31,774 nucleotides of DNA from a virus (taxonomy: Duplodnaviria > Heunggongvirae > Uroviricota > Caudoviricetes): the IMG/VR virus record IMGVR_UViG_3300029846_000231; one strand, written 5' to 3'. The translations under genes and the position numbers were made by a program. The notes under the pieces were generated by a model that was given only the letters and a program-made list of their open reading frames with translations, did not search any database and was not told where the DNA came from. Below, piece after piece: positions 18,426 to 25,999 of the stretch. The first letter of the stretch is position 1, and every line of letters starts with the position of its first letter.

Positions 18426-19280
18426 TCAGCAGTTCGTCATCAGGGCGTCACCGCCACCGCCGGTGGCCTTGCTGCGGCGCTGCTGGGTCAGACTTTCGGT
18501 GTGGTCGAGACTGTTTTTCAGGCGGGTGAATGCCTGGCTGGTTTCATCCGCCCTGTCAGTCACCTCCTGCTTAAGTGCAGAAAAGGCGGTTTCCATCTCA
18601 GAGAGGCGCTGCTCAGTGGCGCTCAGTTTTTCCTGCACATGTTCAGCAACAGCGGTCACCGCTTCATGCACGTCATTCAGACGGGCGTCATCGCTGGCCT
18701 GTTTGCGGCCAAAAATGGATTTCACCTTTTCGGTCAGGGCGGTGAACACGGTTTCAGGCAGGTCTTCAAATTCCAGCTCAACAGGCGTTGCCACTGAAAT
18801 CAGGTTTTCAGGGCTTAATTTGAAGCGGTTCAGGGGGTTGTGTTTTGCCGTGCGGCAGAATTCCAGGTATTCCGTGCCGAGGCTTGCCGGGTCATCGGTG
18901 ACGGCCAGACCCACCAGATAACATTTGCCGGTGTTGGCAAAGTTCGGCTGAATTTCCATTGAGGTGTAGACCTTCTGCGCGGCCTTGTTCATCGCGATAA
19001 GGTCATCGGTCGGGGTGATTTTCGCAAACAGCGCCCATTTGCCTTTCAGCGCCGAATCATCGTCAATCTTTTCGGCCTTCAGTTCGGCCACATCGCCATA
19101 ACGCTTAAAAATACCGTCAGGCAGGATGCCGCGCAGATGTTCCAGGTTAATGCGGCAACCATAGACTCGCGGGTCAAAGGTTTCGGCCATTTCCTGAATA
19201 TCCTGCGCACTGATGACACGCCCGTCACAGGTGTCACCCTCAACGCCGATACGAAAGAATTTTGAGACTTTTTTTGCCAT
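18426..19280 (-). CDS. O: capsid scaffolding protein O (284 aa)
   Basis: Start at MAKKVSKFFRIGVEGDTCDGR gives 284 aa, the P2 gpO length; divergent from P. Confidence 0.85.
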   Translation of the reverse strand: MAKKVSKFFRIGVEGDTCDGRVISAQDIQEMAETFDPRVYGCRINLEHLRGILPDGIFKRYGDVAELKAEKIDDDSALKGKWALFAKITPTDDLIAMNKAAQKVYTSMEIQPNFANTGKCYLVGLAVTDDPASLGTEYLEFCRTAKHNPLNRFKLSPENLISVATPVELEFEDLPETVFTALTEKVKSIFGRKQASDDARLNDVHEAVTAVAEHVQEKLSATEQRLSEMETAFSALKQEVTDRADETSQAFTRLKNSLDHTESLTQQRRSKATGGGGDALMTNC

Positions 19281-19453
19281 TGTCAGGAGTCCTGAATAGT
19301 GATTAGAGGAGTCACATGTCGGCATCAGTTTCCCGACGATGCGCATCCTCCGCCATCAGTCCCGGATGGCTTATCACTGACACAACAGCACCTTAGCGAA
19401 TCGCGGGGCGCGACTCAGTAGCCTTGCCGTGTATTCATCACGGCGAGGTATTC

Positions 19454-21226
19454 ATGACCATCACCACAGACACCACTCTTTTACACGACCCGCGTCGTCA
19501 GGCGGCGCTGCTGTACTGGCAGGGGTTTTCCGTGCCGCAGATTGCCGCCATGTTGCAGATGAAACGTCCGACGGTGCAGAGCTGGAAACAGCGCGACGGC
19601 TGGGACAGCGTTGCCCCCATCAGCCGTGTCGAAATGAGTCTGGAAGCGCGACTGACCCAGCTCATCATCAAACCGCAGAAAACCGGCGGTGACTTCAAGG
19701 AAATTGACCTGCTGGGACGCCAGATTGAACGACTGGCACGGGTAAACCGCTACAGTCAGACCGGCAACGAGGCAGACCTTAATCCGAACGTCGCTAACCG
19801 CAACAAAGGCGGGCGACGCAAACCGAAAAAGAATTTTTTCAGCGACGAGGCCATCGAAAAGCTGGAGCAGATTTTCTTTGAGCAGTCTTTCGAATATCAG
19901 TTGCACTGGTATCGCGCCGGGCTTGAGCACCGCATCCGCGATATCCTGAAATCCCGCCAGATTGGCGCGACGTTTTATTTTTCCCGCGAGGCGCTGCTGC
20001 GCGCCCTGAAAACCGGTCATAACCAGATTTTTCTGTCGGCCAGTAAAACGCAGGCGTATGTGTTCCGCGAATACATCATCGCCTTTGCCCGTCTGGTTGA
20101 CGTTGACCTGACCGGTGACCCGATTGTCCTGGGCAATAACGGCGCAAAACTGATTTTTCTCGGCACCAACTCCAACACCGCACAGAGCCATAACGGCGAC
20201 CTGTACGTCGACGAGATTTTCTGGATCCCGAATTTTCAGGTACTGCGTAAGGTGGCATCAGGTATGGCCTCACAGAGTCACCTGCGCTCGACCTATTTCT
20301 CCACCCCGTCCACGCTGGCGCACGACGCCTACCCGTTCTGGTCGGGTGAACTGTTCAACCGGGGACGCGCCAGCGCCGCCGAACGCGTGGAAATCGACGT
20401 CAGTCATAACGCCCTTGCCGGTGGGTTTCTCTGTGCGGACGGCCAGTGGCGGCAGATTGTCACCATTGAGGACGCCCTGAAAGGTGGCTGCACGCTGTTC
20501 GACATTGAGCAGCTTAAACGCGAAAACAGCGCCGACGATTTTAAAAACCTGTTCATGTGTGAATTTGTTGACGACAAGGCGTCGGTATTCCCGTTCGAGG
20601 AGCTGCAACGCTGCATGGTCGACACGCTGGAAGAATGGGAAGACTATGCGCCGTTTGCCGCCAATCCGTTCGGCTCCCGCCCGGTCTGGATTGGTTACGA
20701 CCCGTCACACCGTGGCGACAGTGCCGGATGCGTGGTGCTGGCACCGCCGGTGGTGGCCGGTGGCAAATTCAGAATACTTGAGCGTCACCAGTGGAAAGGC
20801 ATGGACTTTGCCACCCAGGCTGAATCCATCCGCAAACTCACCGAAAAATACAACGTCGAATACATCGGAATTGATGCCACCGGCCTCGGTGTCGGCGTGT
20901 TCCAGCTCGTTCGCTCGTTCTATCCCGCCGCGCGCGATATCCGCTACACGCCGGAAATGAAAACCGCAATGGTGCTCAAGGCAAAAGACGTTATTCGCCG
21001 TGGCTGTCTGGAATATGACGTCAGCGCCACCGACATCACCAGCTCGTTTATGGCTATCCGCAAGACCATGACCAGCAGCGGACGCAGCGCCACCTATGAG
21101 GCCAGCCGCAGCGAGGAAGCCAGCCACGCCGACCTCGCCTGGGCGACCATGCACGCCCTGTTAAATGAGCCACTCACCGCGGGTATCAGCACTCCGCTGA
21201 CATCCACCATTCTGGAGTTTTACTGA
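19454..21226 (+). CDS. P: terminase large (ATPase) subunit P (590 aa)
   Basis: Start at MTITTDTTLLHDPRRQAALLYWQGFSVPQIAAM gives 590 aa, the P2 gpP length; preceded by GAGGT 5 nt upstream. Confidence 0.9.
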   Translation: MTITTDTTLLHDPRRQAALLYWQGFSVPQIAAMLQMKRPTVQSWKQRDGWDSVAPISRVEMSLEARLTQLIIKPQKTGGDFKEIDLLGRQIERLARVNRYSQTGNEADLNPNVANRNKGGRRKPKKNFFSDEAIEKLEQIFFEQSFEYQLHWYRAGLEHRIRDILKSRQIGATFYFSREALLRALKTGHNQIFLSASKTQAYVFREYIIAFARLVDVDLTGDPIVLGNNGAKLIFLGTNSNTAQSHNGDLYVDEIFWIPNFQVLRKVASGMASQSHLRSTYFSTPSTLAHDAYPFWSGELFNRGRASAAERVEIDVSHNALAGGFLCADGQWRQIVTIEDALKGGCTLFDIEQLKRENSADDFKNLFMCEFVDDKASVFPFEELQRCMVDTLEEWEDYAPFAANPFGSRPVWIGYDPSHRGDSAGCVVLAPPVVAGGKFRILERHQWKGMDFATQAESIRKLTEKYNVEYIGIDATGLGVGVFQLVRSFYPAARDIRYTPEMKTAMVLKAKDVIRRGCLEYDVSATDITSSFMAIRKTMTSSGRSATYEASRSEEASHADLAWATMHALLNEPLTAGISTPLTSTILEFY

Positions 21227-22260
21227 TGAGCAAGAAAAAAGGGAAAACACCGCAACCTGCGGCAAAAAAAATGACCGCCAGCACCCCGAAAATGGAGGCA
21301 TTCACCTTTGGCGAGCCGGTACCGGTACTCGACCGCCGTGACATTCTGGATTACGTCGAGTGCATCAGTAACGGCAGATGGTATGAACCACCGGTCAGCT
21401 TTACCGGTCTGGCAAAAAGCCTGCGTGCTGCCGTGCATCACAGCTCACCGATTTACGTCAAACGTAATATTCTGGCCTCAACATTTATCCCGCATCCGTG
21501 GCTTTCCCAGCAGGATTTCAGCCGCTTTGTGCTGGATTTTCTGGTGTTCGGTAATGCGTTTCTGGAAAAGCGTTACAGCACCACCGGTAAGGTCATCAGA
21601 CTGGAAACCTCACCGGCAAAATATACCCGCCGTGGTGTGGAAGAGGATGTTTACTGGTGGGCGCCGTCCTTCAACGAGCCGACAGCCTTCGCGCCCGGCT
21701 CCGTGTTTCACCTGCTGGAGCCGGATATTAATCAGGAGCTGTACGGCCTGCCGGAATATCTCAGCGCCCTTAACTCTGCCTGGCTGAATGAGTCGGCCAC
21801 GCTGTTCCGCCGCAAGTATTACGAAAATGGCGCACATGCCGGATACATCATGTACGTCACTGATGCCGTGCAGGATCGCAACGATATCGAAATGCTTCGC
21901 GAAAACATGGTCAAGTCGAAAGGCCGCAACAACTTTAAAAATCTGTTTCTCTATGCCCCGCAGGGGAAAGCCGACGGTATTAAAATTATCCCGCTCAGTG
22001 AAGTGGCAACGAAGGACGATTTTTTTAATATCAAAAAAGCCAGCGCCGCTGACCTGCTGGACGCGCACCGCATCCCCTTTCAGTTGATGGGCGGCAAGCC
22101 GGAGAACGTCGGGTCGCTGGGTGATATTGAGAAAGTGGCAAAGGTCTTTGTCCGCAATGAACTTATCCCGTTACAGGACAGGATTCGGGAAATAAACGGC
22201 TGGCTCGGCCAGGAGGTCATCCGCTTTAAAAACTACTCACTGGACACTGACAACGGCTGA
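21226..22260 (+). CDS. Q: portal protein Q (344 aa)
   Basis: 344 aa; N-terminus MSKKKGKTPQPAAKKMTASTPKMEAFTFGEP as in P2 gpQ; start overlaps the P stop. Confidence 0.9.
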   Translation: MSKKKGKTPQPAAKKMTASTPKMEAFTFGEPVPVLDRRDILDYVECISNGRWYEPPVSFTGLAKSLRAAVHHSSPIYVKRNILASTFIPHPWLSQQDFSRFVLDFLVFGNAFLEKRYSTTGKVIRLETSPAKYTRRGVEEDVYWWAPSFNEPTAFAPGSVFHLLEPDINQELYGLPEYLSALNSAWLNESATLFRRKYYENGAHAGYIMYVTDAVQDRNDIEMLRENMVKSKGRNNFKNLFLYAPQGKADGIKIIPLSEVATKDDFFNIKKASAADLLDAHRIPFQLMGGKPENVGSLGDIEKVAKVFVRNELIPLQDRIREINGWLGQEVIRFKNYSLDTDNG

Positions 22261-22265
22261 ACATC

Positions 22266-22287
22266 GCCGCCTGCGGGCGGCTTTTTT
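22266..22287 (+). terminator. Rho-independent terminator after Q
   Basis: Stem gccgcc / ggcggc with loop tgcg followed by TTTTTT, 6 nt after the Q stop. Confidence 0.65.
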
Positions 22288-22429
22288 ACACCCCGTCATC
22301 ACGCCCTCACACGCTCACCACCGCACAAAATACCCCGCAGACACACCAACGCCCCGGCGCACAATCTAAACGCCATCAAGACGCGCTCAGACGCTGAAAA
22401 AATAAAATCAGCACCACCGCCAGCGCGCA

Positions 22430-22448
22430 GTGCTTTCCCCGCCTCGCC
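22430..22448. other. cos site (19-nt cohesive-end sequence)
   Basis: gtgctttccccgcctcgcc is the reverse complement of GGCGAGGCGGGGAAAGCAC, which I recall as the P2 cohesive end; located about 170 bp beyond Q, as in P2. Confidence 0.8.
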
Positions 22449-22686
22449 CGCCCGCTTCATGGGGCAGTTTTAATGCAGTTGCATAGATACTATGGATCCG
22501 CACCAGTCCTGACCGCACGCAGCCTGAACGGACATCCCCGACGCATGCAAAAACATTCACTTGTTGCATGCAACGGCTTATTTAATGACAAATCAACTTA
22601 AATTTACAAAATCCACAGGTATGGATACTTTGCGAACATGATAGGCTTACGAGAATTATCGAGCCTATTTTTGACCGGAGCAATGT

Positions 22687-23628
22687 ATGCAAGGTAAAGT
22701 TGACGAACAGCAATCCAATGATATTGAAGCTGAGTTTGGATACTATCCAGTAGAAGTTAACGTTGAAACTGATGATTTTTCTTTACTTACTTTACCCGGT
22801 CTAGCGGAAAAAACAAATCTTATAAACAATCACAGAAATGTTATTAACGGTTGGATATACCCAGGAAACCAAGAAGTATATAACCTCAATGGAGGCATAT
22901 CCACAATGCCTTTTAGCCAACGAGTATTTGGCTTACCCAAAACACACTCACTAAAATTAAAAAATACATCTTCACTAGAAACTCTCAATTTTGCTGTGTG
23001 GTGTCTGTCTTTTTTCAAAGGGATAAGATTAACAACTACTGATGCCGGTTTTTTAGACGCAACCCCAATAAAACCTAGCAAATTAACTGACTTTATTCTG
23101 GTCAAGTGCTCTGAAAAAGAGGTTATAGAATTAGCACTCAAATACATGTCTAGCGAGACAAAAACCAAACACGCACCAATAAATATAGCAGCAATAGTGC
23201 ATGCACTATTTTTATCCCAAAACCCACAATACCTTAGCTTCGAAAAATTCCAGTATCTTTATATGGCACTGGATAGTTGCTTTGCTTTAACATGGGCAGA
23301 AAAGAACAAGTGTACAGAAAAGACTCTAAATCACTCCAGGCGCTTGAAGTGGATCTGCAAAACTTATGGAATACCACGACCATCATGGGTTACAGGCAAA
23401 AAAAACATTACAAACATCCGCAATGAAAACTTTCATGAAGCTATGTTTCATGGTCAACCACTTGGCTTTACCACTATTAACAATTATCAATATGGAGATG
23501 ACATATTACAACAAATGCAGGCTTTAATTTGCCGATTACTCGTTGCGATTCTTGGTGTTAACGCCCCCGATTACATCACATCGAACGTGAACTCTCGTGA
23601 ATATCATTCACTAACATTAAAAATATAA
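22687..23628 (+). CDS. hypothetical protein, 313 aa, AT-rich cargo; candidate HEPN-like defence effector
   Basis: GGAG 6 nt before the ATG. Strong compositional contrast with flanking phage genes. C-terminal region has KNITNIRNENFHEAMFHG, i.e. an R-N-x3-H motif of the HEPN type (Rx4-6H). Family not recognised. Confidence 0.6.
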   Translation: MQGKVDEQQSNDIEAEFGYYPVEVNVETDDFSLLTLPGLAEKTNLINNHRNVINGWIYPGNQEVYNLNGGISTMPFSQRVFGLPKTHSLKLKNTSSLETLNFAVWCLSFFKGIRLTTTDAGFLDATPIKPSKLTDFILVKCSEKEVIELALKYMSSETKTKHAPINIAAIVHALFLSQNPQYLSFEKFQYLYMALDSCFALTWAEKNKCTEKTLNHSRRLKWICKTYGIPRPSWVTGKKNITNIRNENFHEAMFHGQPLGFTTINNYQYGDDILQQMQALICRLLVAILGVNAPDYITSNVNSREYHSLTLKI

Positions 23629-23644
23629 AACGACTAAAAATACT

Positions 23645-23668
23645 CTCCAGTAACAATAAGTACTGGAG
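23645..23668 (-). terminator. Rho-independent terminator between the convergent cargo genes
   Basis: 8-bp stem ctccagta / tactggag with 8-nt loop; on the minus strand followed by AGTATTTTTAG, 40 nt after the stop of the 199-aa gene. Confidence 0.55.
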
Positions 23669-23710
23669 ATGTATTATCACTAAAACCAATAAAAAATCAC
23701 AACTAATGCT

Positions 23711-24310
23711 TTACTTAGATAGTTTGTCTTTAATTATATTCAGAACACCAATTATTAATTCACTGATTGGCGTGGCCAACTCAATAGTATTAGATGTCGA
23801 CTTTGTTCTAAAGTCTTTATCTGTCGGGTGTTGAAATGCTGATTTAAGAAGAGTCAAAAGCAAAGTTAAACCCACACCAAGGATGAATGCAACAATAGCT
23901 ATTAGAGAACTGGCCGATAACCAATCGGTGGATAAACCAGAAATAGATTTTCTAACTTTATTAGTGTCTGAAGATGGTGTTATCCTCTCATCAGCCATCT
24001 TCGGATCCGAAGATAAAGCAGAACATTTTTCTGCTGAAACACAAGTTTGTGTATCTACTTTTTGTGTTATCGCTGCGGCAATACTGCTTTTCGCTTCCAG
24101 CAAGCCATTTCCAACAGCCAAAGCAAAGTTAAGCCCCTGCCATAGAAATGTACAAGCAAAACAAAGCACAACGGCAGAGAGCACTAATCGCATGCTTCTA
24201 CGCTCTATACCATCCCGTCTATCTCGCCTTATAAGGATATCAGGATCTAAATCGCCCTTAGGAGTGGTTCCTTGCTCTGGGGACTGTCCAGATAAATCAA
24301 TATCAGCCAT
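23711..24310 (-). CDS. hypothetical membrane protein, 199 aa, two predicted transmembrane helices
   Basis: Hydrophobic stretches LVLSAVVLCFACTFLWQGLNFALAVGNGLL and LIAIVAFILGVGLTLLLTLL; charged N-terminus (RRDRRDGIERR). Same strand and 66 nt downstream of the peptidase gene; AT-rich. Confidence 0.6.
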   Translation of the reverse strand: MADIDLSGQSPEQGTTPKGDLDPDILIRRDRRDGIERRSMRLVLSAVVLCFACTFLWQGLNFALAVGNGLLEAKSSIAAAITQKVDTQTCVSAEKCSALSSDPKMADERITPSSDTNKVRKSISGLSTDWLSASSLIAIVAFILGVGLTLLLTLLKSAFQHPTDKDFRTKSTSNTIELATPISELIIGVLNIIKDKLSK

Positions 24311-24376
24311 AAAAAAATCACCCTTACATGTACAAACGTAAAGGTGATTTTAAACAGGTTAAAAGTTAAAGGCTAA

Positions 24377-24862
24377 TTAATAAGCCATTCCTAAGCTCTT
24401 TAAGCGCCAATGCATAGCGGCTTCTGATACATTAAAGATGCTTGCTAATCTCAAAGTGCTATCAATACCTTCTCTGGATACCAATTGACGTATAGCAGAC
24501 TCAGGCATTAACAACTCAGCAGCAAACTTGTTTGCTTCAACCTCACGGTAATCACGAGCACCTGTTGAATAATTCCCGACATTATCCCGATGGTACTCTC
24601 CGTCCTGGGTATGCCCCAGCACATGATGACCTAACTCGTGTGCAACAGTAAAACGTTGACGATTAGAATGTTCACTAGAATCAAAATAAATCCTATGGAC
24701 ACCCTTTTTGATGACAGCCAGACCGCTTAACCCATCGTTGTTATAAGCCGATTCCTCAAGTGCTTCAACACGAGCACCCCACGCTTTAGCAAGCTTAAAC
24801 GGATCGACAGGTAGTCGGCGATCCCAATAGCGGTCAAGCAGTTTTTTAGCTGCATAGCTCAT
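24377..24862 (-). CDS. ImmA/IrrE-family (M78-type, COG2856-like) Zn-metallopeptidase domain protein, 161 aa
   Basis: HEXXH motif in FTVAHELGHHVLGH plus downstream EANKFAAELLMPE, the characteristic ImmA/IrrE signature. AT-rich; no adjacent XRE/HTH partner on either strand. Confidence 0.7.
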   Translation of the reverse strand: MSYAAKKLLDRYWDRRLPVDPFKLAKAWGARVEALEESAYNNDGLSGLAVIKKGVHRIYFDSSEHSNRQRFTVAHELGHHVLGHTQDGEYHRDNVGNYSTGARDYREVEANKFAAELLMPESAIRQLVSREGIDSTLRLASIFNVSEAAMHWRLKSLGMAY

Positions 24863-25583
24863 GGTTGCCTCCTACGTTAAAAAAGTTAAGTATGCACAGC
24901 CATATCACAGTTGTTATTTTATGTCAAGGCTGTTTTTCAGCCATTACTATAACACTAATCCACGTTTTCCCATAACATTTTCGACATCATATATGCATTC
25001 CGTTCTGCATATAGAGCTTATCTTTGCTGATAACACGAGATGAATACGCGCAACCAGCCCACGATTTATAAAAAACCTTATAAATCAGAATATTGAGTTA
25101 AAAAAACACTAACTACTTGCGCAGCGCGTTGTTAAACCTCAGCGACACTAAAAGAAAATTTCAGAGTCACCGAAGTTTCCACAGAAAACGCAACTTAATG
25201 ATTTTATTGGAATTTATGTCGCTATTTTTAATTACTTGTTTAAATCCGCCATATTGAAACTGTGCATTTCTAGCCACTCACAACTTTAAAAAATTTACAT
25301 TGCTTTCAAGACCTTATCATCCGTAGTCTCTGCTTTTTACTTTGAGCTATATCAAAAAAAGCTCAAACATCCTTGATGCAAAACCAGTATTACACAACAT
25401 AAAATGCAACCAGAAACAACGACATACTATATGTTGTGTTGTTCAGGTCCTCTGTTCGGTGATATGCCAGATCACTTTGCGTTTAAACAGAGCATTATTT
25501 CAGGGCAAGACTTCGCTCAATAGTCACTCCGCCTTAGAAGCGCATATATCGGCGGAAATTGCCCTCTGCTTACAGGAGGCGAT

Positions 25584-25697
25584 ATGAAGAAGTGCTATTA
25601 CTGCATTCTCGTTCTGGCCCTCTTTGGCTATCCATATGGTAGTCCGAGTGGTTTGTCAGTAAACGTCAGTAATATCCATGTAAGTATTTTTCTTTAG
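25584..25697 (+). CDS. small hydrophobic peptide, 37 aa (MKKCYYCILVLALFGYPYGSPSGLSVNVSNIHVSIFL); type I toxin-like or small membrane protein
   Basis: Consensus SD AGGAGG 4 nt before the ATG; TAG stop 13 nt before a strong terminator hairpin. Short, with a hydrophobic core after a KK N-terminus. Confidence 0.4.
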   Translation: MKKCYYCILVLALFGYPYGSPSGLSVNVSNIHVSIFL

Positions 25698-25710
25698 TAT
25701 GCTTCAAACA

Positions 25711-25739
25711 AAAAAACCACCTGCCAGGGTGGTTTTTTT
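25711..25739. terminator. bidirectional Rho-independent terminator
   Basis: A6-ccacctg-cc-agggtgg-T7: GC-rich hairpin flanked by an A-run and a T-run, so it can terminate the small plus-strand gene and minus-strand transcription from A. Confidence 0.65.
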
Positions 25740-25999
25740 GCGCCCGTCATCAATCCGATGAAAGACTAGCAAGACTTCGCTCGAGATGAATTATGCTTCG
25801 ACATAAAGTCACTCGCAATGGTTTTATTAACCGAAATAGATGCTCTTTTATGACTCGAATCAAATAGCTGCCTTCAATTACATGCTAACGATTCAATACA
25901 ATTTAGCCTTCTGATTCAACACGCTATTGCTCCTCATCTACCTTAGAGGTGCTTCGCATAATCCATTCAAAGACATATAAAATCACGCTGTATTTTTAC

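Noticed and set aside
19281-19453. Searched the divergent O/P intergenic region for Ogr-type TGT-N12-ACA late-promoter dyads
   Set aside because: No exact TGT-N12-ACA match found by eye; late promoters are surely present, but I cannot place them to the base without a proper motif scan.
22830-23168. 112-aa minus-strand ORF inside the 313-aa cargo gene
   Set aside because: Antisense and in AT-rich DNA where stop-free frames are rarer but still occur; the plus-strand gene has a proper RBS and this one does not.
23883-24341. 152-aa plus-strand ORF antisense to the 199-aa membrane protein gene
   Set aside because: Overlaps nearly the whole minus-strand gene, which is in operon context with the peptidase and has a terminator; kept only as a remote alternative.
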